From the NCBI GenBank assembly GCA_041659525.1, contig JBAZYC010000001.1, positions 525,731 to 589,730 of the forward strand: a stretch of 64,000 nucleotides of DNA, given 5' to 3'. The notes beneath the pieces are model-generated. The model saw only the letters and a list, made by a program, of their open reading frames with translations. It was not told where the DNA came from and ran no database searches. Source of the stretch: an archaeon (lineage in GTDB: Archaea; Iainarchaeota; Iainarchaeia; Iainarchaeales; JAAZKV01). This document shows positions 1 through 6,571 of this stretch, piece by piece (position 1 is the first letter of the stretch; each line of letters starts with the position of its first letter). The translations under genes and the position numbers were made by a program.

Positions 1-385
1 TTCCTTTCAAAAATAGGGGCATCCAGTAGGGATCATCTTTCCACATTGACTCGAAAGGAATTTTTGTAATATCAAACCATTGTGGTTTCATTTCTTCGCT
101 TTCTGTCGCCTCGCCAGTGTATTTTAGAACTTTAAAAAAGTGTACTTCAAGGATTTCAGGCTTTCCTCTGAATTCAAAATTAATTAAACCAAATTGTTCA
201 GTTTGAGTTACTTTAACACCGCATTCTTCTTCAAATTCTCTAGCAACTGCGGCTTCAATAGTTTCTTCTGGGTGTACTTTTCCACCAAATCCGTTCCATC
301 TTCCTGCTCCAAATCCTCTTTTCTTCATTCCTAGTAGGATTTTGTCTCCTTCTCTAATAAATGCAAGTGTCATTACTTTAGCCAT
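1..385 (-). CDS. NUDIX hydrolase, MTH1/NUDT1-like 8-oxo-dGTP diphosphatase (3' end beyond window)
   Basis: Hand translation of the minus strand from ATG 385-383 gives MAKVMTLAFIREGDKILLGMKKRGFGAGRWNGFGGKVHPEETIEAAVAREFEEECG...PFESMWKDDPYWMPLFLKG. The NUDIX box is complete. LLGMKKRGFGAGRWNGFGGKV and MW.DD.YW recall human MTH1. It is not in the ORF track because no stop lies inside the window. Confidence 0.85.
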   Translation of the reverse strand, partial: MAKVMTLAFIREGDKILLGMKKRGFGAGRWNGFGGKVHPEETIEAAVAREFEEECGVKVTQTEQFGLINFEFRGKPEILEVHFFKVLKYTGEATESEEMKPQWFDITKIPFESMWKDDPYWMPLFLKG

Positions 386-525
386 AAAGAATTTTCATTG
401 CATTAGAGTTAAAAAGTTGTACTCGACTCGCTCAAAACTGGCTCTAGCCCTCATTTTTTGGGGGTTAAACCCTACTTTTTTAAAGGTTGCTTTACGAGAA
501 TTAGTTATTACTGGTGAGTGGGATT

Positions 526-735
526 ATGGCTAGATTAACTAGATTTGAATTAACAAGAGTTTTATCGGCAAGAAGCCTTCAATTATCTTTAGGAGCTCCT
601 CCTTTAGTAAAGAGAACTAGCGAATTAAGTATGCTTCAAGTAGCAGAGAAAGAGTTTGATCAAAAAGTTTTACCTTTATCAGTTCTAAGAAAGTACCCTA
701 ATGGGAATTTGAAGAGAATTGAATTATTCGATTAA
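526..735 (+). CDS. rpoK: DNA-directed RNA polymerase subunit K (Rpo6/RpoK)
   Basis: MARLTRFELTRVLSARSLQLSLGAPPLV matches the conserved LTRFE.ARI.G.RA.Q...GAP core of Rpb6/RpoK. GGTGAG lies 7 nt upstream of ATG 526. The track's 514 start is a GTG. Confidence 0.85.
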   Translation: MARLTRFELTRVLSARSLQLSLGAPPLVKRTSELSMLQVAEKEFDQKVLPLSVLRKYPNGNLKRIELFD

Positions 736-755
736 ATTAGTTTGGTGATTTAAAA

Positions 756-962
756 ATGGGAAAATCAGTTGCAAAAGGATTAAAGTACAAGGGAGAAGTT
801 TTGCTTGAAGAATTTCCAGCAAAGTTCAGTAAGGATTTTGTTAAAAACAAGAGATCTCTTGATGAAATAAAGGATTTGCATTTATCAAAGTCAACTAGAA
901 ATATTTTGGCAGGTTACATTGTTAGACTTGCAAAAAGAAAAGAAGCTACTAAACTAATTTAA
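756..962 (+). CDS. rps17e: 30S ribosomal protein S17e
   Basis: The 68-aa product has ...EEFPAKFSKDFVKNK...STRNILAGYIVRL, typical of the S17e family. GGTGAT SD lies 7 nt upstream. Confidence 0.8.
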   Translation: MGKSVAKGLKYKGEVLLEEFPAKFSKDFVKNKRSLDEIKDLHLSKSTRNILAGYIVRLAKRKEATKLI

Positions 963-1055
963 TTAAGCTTCTTTTTTAGTTTTTTTTATTTTAATTCTTA
1001 AGTTAAGAATAGTTATTTGTTTTTTTTTTATTTTTTTAATAAATTAGTTTTTTTA

Positions 1056-1832
1056 TTAGCGTTTCAAGAATTTAGTTCGTTTAATCATTTTTTGCTTTTG
1101 TTCTTTTGCTCTTGATTTTTTTAATTCATGTGCTTTAACTTCTCTTGCCATTAGTTCGCATCTTTTTTTCCATGCTTGATCAGTTACCCATTGCCCTCTT
1201 CGATTTGCGGGGAGTGATTTAAATTTTGTATTAGCTATTTTTACTTTTTTTAAGAAAGGGTGAGTGCCGTTATACAAATCCCCTCCAAATTTAACAAATA
1301 TTTTTGGCAAAAGAATTGATTTTATTCCTAAATAGTGGTTTAGAGTTGCTTCAAGCCCGAATCTTTGCATGTGTCTTATCCAGTTTTTATTTTTTGCTAA
1401 AAATAATGGGCGTAGCGCGCTTATTCGAATTGCTCTTTCTCCTGAAAGAGCAGTACCATCTTGTTGTACTGTTCCAATAGTCATTTTTACTGTTGGGTTT
1501 TTTAGAGGTCTAAGTAATTTTTGAATTTGAGCGGGTTTGATTTCTAATAAATCCGCATCAAACATCAATAAGTTAGTTGCTCCATTTTTTGCACAAAAAT
1601 TAGTGGCTTCAATAAATGCTTGTCCTTTTCCAACGTTTTCTTTGGCCTTTAATGAATCTATCTTTAGTTCTTTTGCAATTTTTGGAGTATTATCAGTGCT
1701 TCCGTCATCAATTAAAATAATTTTGTGAATCAAACCCATATTTTTGGCTTTAATTAAATCTTGTAAAACTTTTCCCACAGTTTTTTCTTCATTGTAAGCA
1801 AATACTACTGCAAAATTCTTTTCTCCAGTCAT
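1056..1832 (-). CDS. Family 2 glycosyltransferase
   Basis: FAVVFAYNEEKTVGKVLQDL...ILIDDGSTDNT...MFDADL shows the GT2 (GT-A fold) N-terminal signature with a DxD-like motif. The C-terminal tail is basic. Confidence 0.7.
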   Translation of the reverse strand: MTGEKNFAVVFAYNEEKTVGKVLQDLIKAKNMGLIHKIILIDDGSTDNTPKIAKELKIDSLKAKENVGKGQAFIEATNFCAKNGATNLLMFDADLLEIKPAQIQKLLRPLKNPTVKMTIGTVQQDGTALSGERAIRISALRPLFLAKNKNWIRHMQRFGLEATLNHYLGIKSILLPKIFVKFGGDLYNGTHPFLKKVKIANTKFKSLPANRRGQWVTDQAWKKRCELMAREVKAHELKKSRAKEQKQKMIKRTKFLKR

Positions 1833-1847
1833 AAAATCACTAATACT

Positions 1848-3917
1848 TTAATATGTTTGAATGCTTTCTGCGCGCGTTGATTCATCTACATCTTTGTCTC
1901 TTGTTAGTAAATATAAATTACTTGAAGCAGCCATCTCAAGTTGCTTGTCATGAGTTATTACAAATATTTGTTCCACTAGTTTTGGTAGTTCTTCTCTAAG
2001 TATTTCACTTAGTTTTGCAACAGAGTTTGAATCAAGATTGTGAGTTGGTTCATCTAAAATCAGCATTGAAAGTTTCTTAGTCAAAACTAGTGAGAAAGCA
2101 ATTCTTATGCAAAGTGCAGCTGCACTTCTTTCTCCTCCTGATAGTACTCCTTCTACTCTTACCCATCCATTAGTTCGTGCTAGTACTTGTAAATCATACC
2201 CTTCATCCACAATACATAAACGCGCATCAGTAAAATCTTTGTAAGGATATAGTTGTCCCCAAATTTGGCTCATTGCTTGATTTATTGTTTGAAGCATTGA
2301 TTCTCGGAGTTCTACTTGGGTTGCAATTAAGCAATTTCCTAATATTCCCATTTTTTTAGCAGCTTCTTCAGAACGAAGAGTTTCTTTTTCAATTTCAATA
2401 ATATTTTTCTTTATTTGGACAATTTTTTGTAATGTAATTTCATAACTTTTCTTTAAATCTAAACTAGATTTGATTTTTACTTGAGCTACGCTTACAATAG
2501 ATTTTTTCTTATAAAGTTCGTCACGAATAGTTTCAAGTTTTTTCTTATCAAACCCATTTTCAGTTAATTGTTTTTTAATTTTTGGTAATTCTTCAACAAA
2601 AGAAGCAAGTTGTTTTTTCTTTTCTTCACTTAAAATTGCTTCTTTTTGCATTGCTTCAAATTTAAACAGTTCTCTACTTTTATTATCACTTTCTTTTTTA
2701 AAGTTTTCTTTTTCTTTTTCAACAAGTTCTATTTTTTGCTTTAGTTCTTTTTTACTTTTATCAAAAGCAACATATTGCGCGTTAAGTTTTTCTAGTTTTT
2801 CAGTTAGTTCTTTTGTTAAATGATTTTTGTGATTTTCATCAAGTATTTGTTTGCAAGTAGGGCAAGTTCCTTTTAGAGAGGAAATTCCTTTTTCTTCCTG
2901 AGCAATTTTTTGTTTCTCATATTCAATTACTCTGAGTTCTTCACTATTTTTCTTGAGTTCAAGATCAATTGTTTTATATTCCTTCTCTGCGTTCGCAAGT
3001 TTTTCTTTTAGCGTTTCAACTTCTTTTTTTCCTTTTTCAATTTCTAATAGAACTTCTTTTAATGAAATTTTGTCACTTTTAGAAATATCCTCTTTTAATC
3101 CTTCAATTCTTGAATTAACTTTTACAACTAACTCTTCAAGTGTTTTATTTTGTTTTTCTTTTTCATTAAGCTCTAAGTATTCTTTCTCAACACCTGCTAA
3201 TGATTTTGTTGTTTCTTCAATTTCTATTTCCAGTTTTTTTATTTGATTTTCTTCTTCAACTATTTGTTTGTGTAATTTTTCTTCTTCATGGCTTTTGAGA
3301 GTTTCTTTTTGTTGATTAATAAAATCATTTCTTTGCTTATTCGCCTTCACTAGTTCGTTTTGTACTACTACTGCATTTTTTCTTGCAGTTTCGTATTTCT
3401 CGATTTCAAGTAGTTCATCGAATTTTCTTTTTCTTTCAGCAGGAGAGAGTTTTAAGAAAAAATCTAATTCGTTTTGTTCAGAGTAAACCGCTCTACTAAA
3501 TAGTTCATAATTTAATCCAAGGATTTGTTCTACTTTTTCATTAACATCTTTTTGTTTTGGCCCAGCAATTAATCGGCCCGCACCCGCATTAAGGGTGTCT
3601 GATTCGTACATTTTTGCTTCGTTTGTTCCGTCAAGTTTTATTATTCGTTCTACTTTGTAATTTTTTTCATTTTGGTCAAAAGTAATTATTGTTTCAGCTT
3701 TGTTTTCTTGATTAGGTTTGTTCATTATTATTTCAGCAAGTGAAACACTTCTGTTTTTTAGTGATGGAAAAGTTCCAAATAGCGAATAAGAAATTGCGTT
3801 TACAATAGAACTCTTTCCCGCCCCCATTACTCCAACAATTACATTAGTCCCTTTTCCAAACTCGAGTGTAGTTTCTTTGTGAGTTCTCCAGTTTCTTAGA
3901 GTAAGAGAGTTTATCAT
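1848..3917 (-). CDS. rad50: Rad50-type SMC-like DNA repair ATPase
   Basis: Walker A is GVMGAGKSS. A long K/E-rich coiled coil has a central zinc hook CPTC (GTCPTCKQ). The signature is LSGGERSAAAL, Walker B is LILDEPTHNLD, and the H-loop is ITHD. Confidence 0.85.
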   Translation of the reverse strand: MINSLTLRNWRTHKETTLEFGKGTNVIVGVMGAGKSSIVNAISYSLFGTFPSLKNRSVSLAEIIMNKPNQENKAETIITFDQNEKNYKVERIIKLDGTNEAKMYESDTLNAGAGRLIAGPKQKDVNEKVEQILGLNYELFSRAVYSEQNELDFFLKLSPAERKRKFDELLEIEKYETARKNAVVVQNELVKANKQRNDFINQQKETLKSHEEEKLHKQIVEEENQIKKLEIEIEETTKSLAGVEKEYLELNEKEKQNKTLEELVVKVNSRIEGLKEDISKSDKISLKEVLLEIEKGKKEVETLKEKLANAEKEYKTIDLELKKNSEELRVIEYEKQKIAQEEKGISSLKGTCPTCKQILDENHKNHLTKELTEKLEKLNAQYVAFDKSKKELKQKIELVEKEKENFKKESDNKSRELFKFEAMQKEAILSEEKKKQLASFVEELPKIKKQLTENGFDKKKLETIRDELYKKKSIVSVAQVKIKSSLDLKKSYEITLQKIVQIKKNIIEIEKETLRSEEAAKKMGILGNCLIATQVELRESMLQTINQAMSQIWGQLYPYKDFTDARLCIVDEGYDLQVLARTNGWVRVEGVLSGGERSAAALCIRIAFSLVLTKKLSMLILDEPTHNLDSNSVAKLSEILREELPKLVEQIFVITHDKQLEMAASSNLYLLTRDKDVDESTRAESIQTY

Positions 3918-3987
3918 GAATAGATTGTGTTAGATAACTAATAAAAAATAGCTGTACTTAATTAAAGAAGAATTATTAGTTTAAATT

Positions 3988-4078
3988 TTTAGCTAATTAG
4001 AGCCTGCCTAACTATTTTTTCGTTTAGCTTATTAGGGCCTGTCCTAATTATTTTTTCATTTAACTGATTAGGGTTGCC
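3988..4078. repeat. About 36-nt tandem repeat (2.5 units) duplicating the 3' end of the EF-1beta gene
   Basis: Units run 3988-4022, 4023-4058 and 4059-4078. The pattern is tttagctaattagagcctgcctaactattttttcg / tttagcttattagggcctgtcctaattattttttca / tttaactgattagggttgcc. The last unit is the real gene end (..ATLIS*). Each full unit contains a small inverted repeat (TTAGG..CCTAA) followed by a T run. Confidence 0.7.
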
Positions 4079-4320
4079 ATTTCTACTTCTGCTTGATTAA
4101 TTAGTGGTACTGCGTTTACTGCTGCTTCAAGGTTTGACATTGCCCCGTCTGTTTTGTCAGGGATAACAAAGCCTACTCTAATTACTTCTATTCCAAAACC
4201 AATTGGTTCTCTTTTTAGGTCTTTAAAGTCGCCTACTGTTATTGCGCGTAGTGATTTTTCTACAGCATCTAAGTTTTCTGGGTCAGTGAATACTTTGAAT
4301 ATTACCATTACTTTTCCCAT
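4060..4320 (-). CDS. ef1b: Translation elongation factor aEF-1 beta
   Basis: The 86-aa product MGKVMVIFKVFTDPENLD...REPIGFGIEVIRVGFVIPDK...VEMATLIS fits the aEF-1beta (EF1_GNE) family in length and pattern. Confidence 0.85.
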   Translation of the reverse strand: MGKVMVIFKVFTDPENLDAVEKSLRAITVGDFKDLKREPIGFGIEVIRVGFVIPDKTDGAMSNLEAAVNAVPLINQAEVEMATLIS

Positions 4321-4345
4321 TTTTTATTCACCTAGAAAATTAGTT

Positions 4346-4501
4346 TTAGGGTCCAACGAATCCGCATTCTTTGCAAGTGTATTCTTTTGATACTTGTTTG
4401 CAGTGTTCGCATCTAACAATAGTGCTTTTGCCGCAATTAGGGCATTTAAATTCAACGTGGTTGTTTGTAACAGTTTTGTTGCAGGATGTACATGTCTTCA
4501 T
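4346..4501 (-). CDS. Small Zn-ribbon protein (four CxxC pairs), the usual archaeal partner of EF-1beta
   Basis: This is a hand-found 51-aa ORF below the track's size cutoff: MKTCTSCNKTVTNNHVEFKCPNCGKSTIVRCEHCKQVSKEYTCKECGFVGP. GGTGAG SD lies 5 nt upstream. It sits directly upstream of ef1b, as for COG2888-type Zn-ribbon proteins. Confidence 0.7.
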   Translation of the reverse strand: MKTCTSCNKTVTNNHVEFKCPNCGKSTIVRCEHCKQVSKEYTCKECGFVGP

Positions 4502-4618
4502 TAGTCTCACCAATTAAATTATTTCTCTTGTAGAACCTTTTTAAACGTTCCCCAAAAGCCCAAATTTTGTTTTCACCAAAGCTTTTATTCTTTGGTTAGA
4601 AATCTCAAGAAAATCCTC

Positions 4619-4780
4619 GCCACCCCCGCTTTTATTGAATTTTTTCTTTGGACTCTGCCTTTCTCGGCTTAAACCTTTCCCCTGAGCCCAAGGCTCAAGG
4701 GTCGCCTGTTGGCTAAAGGATTTAATGCCCCCAAAAGCAGCGGAGCCGTCCATGAAAAAATTCTTTTTTGCGGAGGTGGC
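4619..4780 (+). promoter_or_regulatory. Extended imperfect hairpin (copy 1), a candidate SD-sequestering leader or structured RNA; strand uncertain
   Basis: Nested stems are GCCACCCCCGC/GCGGAGGTGGC, GAATTTTTTC/GAAAAAATTC, TGGAC/GTCCA, CTGCCTTT/AAAAGCAG, GGC/GCC and TTAAACCTTT/AAAGGaTTTAA. The apex is a mini-hairpin plus an unpaired TCGCCTGTTGGCT. The 3' basal arm contains GGAGGTG 6 nt before ATG 4785. A second copy lies at 59579-59725. Confidence 0.6.
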
Positions 4781-4784
4781 TTTA

Positions 4785-4934
4785 ATGGATTTTTCTTTAG
4801 ATATTGATTTCCCAAAACCAAATCAGGAAGAAATAAAATTGGTAAAATGGATTGCTAAAAACAATCCTGAAGATTTAGATTCAAGAGAACTTTGGGTTCT
4901 TGAACAAACTTTGGAAGGTGATGAAGATGATTGA
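4785..4934 (+). CDS. Small acidic protein of unknown function (49 aa), first gene of the homing-endonuclease cassette
   Basis: The product is MDFSLDIDFPKPNQEEIKLVKWIAKNNPEDLDSRELWVLEQTLEGDEDD. A perfect SD (GGAGGTG) lies 6 nt upstream. The peptide is conserved in copy 2 (..KPSKEEILLVKRIARSNPDDLDSRELWVLEQAIEGDEDD), including conservative substitutions. Confidence 0.6.
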   Translation: MDFSLDIDFPKPNQEEIKLVKWIAKNNPEDLDSRELWVLEQTLEGDEDD

Positions 4935-5847
4935 ATCATCGCCGGCATGGCACTTCCAAATAGATTATAAATCTTCAAAAGAGGGTTCTATAATGGAACC
5001 TTTTTTTTCAAAAGAAATGACTCCTGATCTAGCAGAAATCTGTGGCATCCATGCAGGAGATGGGCATTTAAGAAAACGAGACAATGTAAGACGTCTGCTT
5101 TGTTTAGATGGTAGTGTTGATGAAAAAGAATACTATGATACTCATGTTGTTCCGTTGTTTGAAAGAACATTTGGTATAAAAGTTAAACCAAGATTTTTTC
5201 CCAGCAGACACACTTATGGATTTTCAGTTAGTAATAGAAAAGTTTGTGGTCTCATCCATTCCCTTGGTTTTCCTTATGGTAAAAAAACAGTTTCTGTGAA
5301 AGTACCTGAAGTAATTTTACAGTCGAATGATTTGGGAGTAATTTATAGGTTTATTAGAGGTGTATTTGATACAGACGGTACAGTTTGTTTTAGACGAAGA
5401 AAAAGACTTAGGGGTAAAAGCGAAAACGCTAATAGACATACATATCCTCGGATTTTATTGGATGTATGCTCTAAAGATTTATGTTTTGGCTTAGGTGAGT
5501 TGTTACTAAAAACAGGCGTGTTTAGGTTTAATATTTCATCCCAAAGAGCAAAAGGAAATAGAAAAAAGAAATATAAACTATGTATAGCTGGCGATAAAAA
5601 CTTGTTATTATGGGTGCATAACATAGGTTTCAAAAACAATGTGAAACATAATCGAATTTTAATTTGGGATAAATTTGGCTTTAACCCGCCCAAGCTAACA
5701 CTTAACCACCAGTTGGAAATTTTGTCAGGTAAAATTGATCCAAATATTTTTTACAAAGACGGAGAGTTTTATCATGAGCGAGAAGAATCTGTAATAGCGA
5801 GAAACAAGCAATTGTTACGAAAAATGATTGAGGTGAGTGACACCTAA
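4921..5847 (+). CDS. LAGLIDADG homing endonuclease, double-motif, free-standing
   Basis: The two LAGLIDADG motifs are LAEICGIHAGDGHL and IYRFIRGVFDTDGTV. The start ATG (4921 or 4927) overlaps the stop of the small ORF (..GGTGATGAAGATGATTGA), with GGTGAT acting as SD. Confidence 0.85.
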   Translation: MKMIESSPAWHFQIDYKSSKEGSIMEPFFSKEMTPDLAEICGIHAGDGHLRKRDNVRRLLCLDGSVDEKEYYDTHVVPLFERTFGIKVKPRFFPSRHTYGFSVSNRKVCGLIHSLGFPYGKKTVSVKVPEVILQSNDLGVIYRFIRGVFDTDGTVCFRRRKRLRGKSENANRHTYPRILLDVCSKDLCFGLGELLLKTGVFRFNISSQRAKGNRKKKYKLCIAGDKNLLLWVHNIGFKNNVKHNRILIWDKFGFNPPKLTLNHQLEILSGKIDPNIFYKDGEFYHEREESVIARNKQLLRKMIEVSDT

Positions 5848-5883
5848 ACATTAAAAACTAAATGTGGCTTTAATTACATTAGT

Positions 5884-5970
5884 GGCTCTGTGTGCCAATG
5901 GATACGCGACAAGACTTCGGTTGTGAAAAGAAGAAATCTTGGGATGGGGGTTCGATTCCCTCCAGAGCCG
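5884..5970 (+). tRNA. tRNA-Arg (anticodon UCG) with a 15-nt intron after position 37
   Basis: The hand fold has acceptor GGCTCTG/CAGAGCC and D arm TGCC-AATGGATA-CGCG. The anticodon stem is CAAGA/TCTTG with loop CT-TCG-G, followed by the intron at 5921-5935 and then A. The T arm is GGGGG-TTCGATT-CCCTC and the discriminator is G. The mature length is 72 nt with no encoded CCA. Confidence 0.8.
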
Positions 5971-5992
5971 TTTATTTTATTTTTAATCTGTT

Positions 5993-6559
5993 TTAAGGAG
6001 CTCTCGTTTTCAACAAATTTTTGTTAATTTTCTTTCCGTTTAGTTTTACAATTTTCCCAGGTACTCCAACTACGGTGCAATTTGATGGAACATTGTTCAT
6101 AATGATAAAAGTTTCAGCTCCAATTTTGACATTGTTTCCAACAGTAATTGGTCCAAGGAGGGTTGCTGCAACTCCAACTAAAACATTGTTTCCTAAAGTT
6201 GGGTGTCTTTTTCCTTTGTGTTTTCCTGTTCCTCCTAGAGTAACATTTTGAAAGAGAGTACAATCATTTCCAATTATTGTAGTTTCTCCAATAACTACTC
6301 CCACTCCGTGATCAATAAAAAATCTTTCTCCTATTTCTGCTAAAGGGTGTATTTCTATTCCTGTAACTGTTTTTGATAAAGTCATTACAAATCTGGGAAA
6401 AACAGGTACTCCTATTTTTGCTAATGGATGCATAAACCTGTAAGTGATTATTGTCCAAAGAGGGGTGTGACAAAGAAGTATTTCTAAATAACTTTTTGCA
6501 GCAGGATCATTTTGTTTAACAACTTTAATATCTTGAATTATTTTTTTAATAAATCCCAT
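5993..6559 (-). CDS. cysE: Serine O-acetyltransferase
   Basis: DPAAKSYLEILL..P.LWTIITYRF...GIEIHPLAEIGERFFIDHGVGVVIGETTIIGNDCTLFQNVTLGGTG is the classic CysE N-terminal helical region plus hexapeptide repeats. Confidence 0.85.
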   Translation of the reverse strand: MGFIKKIIQDIKVVKQNDPAAKSYLEILLCHTPLWTIITYRFMHPLAKIGVPVFPRFVMTLSKTVTGIEIHPLAEIGERFFIDHGVGVVIGETTIIGNDCTLFQNVTLGGTGKHKGKRHPTLGNNVLVGVAATLLGPITVGNNVKIGAETFIIMNNVPSNCTVVGVPGKIVKLNGKKINKNLLKTRAP

Positions 6560-6571
6560 AAAATCACTATT

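Larger units (their letters stand above)
4619..5847 (+). mobile_element. Homing-endonuclease cassette copy 1 (hairpin + small ORF + LAGLIDADG gene)
   Basis: The same three-part architecture and a near-identical 5' module recur at 59579-61180 in an unrelated genomic context. Confidence 0.6.

Noticed and set aside
342-533. 63-aa plus-strand ORF
   Set aside because: It overlaps the NUDIX gene start on the opposite strand and the rpoK promoter/SD region. There is no motif and no RBS.
2953-3246. 97-aa S/F-rich ORF antisense to rad50, plus the similar antisense ORFs 6711-7373, 8542-9063, 15071-16087, 26154-26796, 61261-62161 and others
   Set aside because: These are low-complexity mirror frames of K/E-rich or AT-rich genes that carry strong family motifs on the other strand.
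3988-4078. Possible CRISPR array
   Set aside because: There are only 2.5 directly abutting units with no spacers. The units are copies of the ef1b gene end.
4541-4753. 70-aa minus-strand ORF (MDGSAAFGGIK...) listed in the track, with a look-alike at 59564-59824
   Set aside because: Both lie on the long hairpin. Between the copies, 1-nt indels shift the frame (SFSQQAT versus PLANRRP are encoded by the same conserved nucleotides). Conservation is therefore at nucleotide and structure level, not protein level.
4619-4780. Identification of the hairpin as SRP RNA, RNase P RNA, H/ACA or C/D sRNA
   Set aside because: It lacks the SRP helix-8 GGAA/AGCA-type motifs and RNase P CR-I/CR-V strings. No C/D boxes are conserved in both copies, and the ACA/ANA-like triplet is enclosed by the basal stem. 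Its presence in two copies, each tied to a nuclease gene, also argues against a housekeeping RNA.
4900-4940. prfB-like programmed +1 frameshift fusing the small ORF to the nuclease (SD-like GGTGAT upstream of an in-frame UGA)
   Set aside because: GAU-UGA offers no slippery re-pairing for a +1 shift. An ATG with correct SD spacing lies in the nuclease frame, so termination-reinitiation coupling is the simpler reading.
4619-5847. Interpretation of the cassette as an rRNA or tRNA intron, or as an intein
   Set aside because: The flanks are protein genes or intergenic DNA, not rRNA. The neighbouring tRNA-Arg is complete on its own. There is no in-frame host extein and no bulge-helix-bulge junction spanning the element that I could draw.
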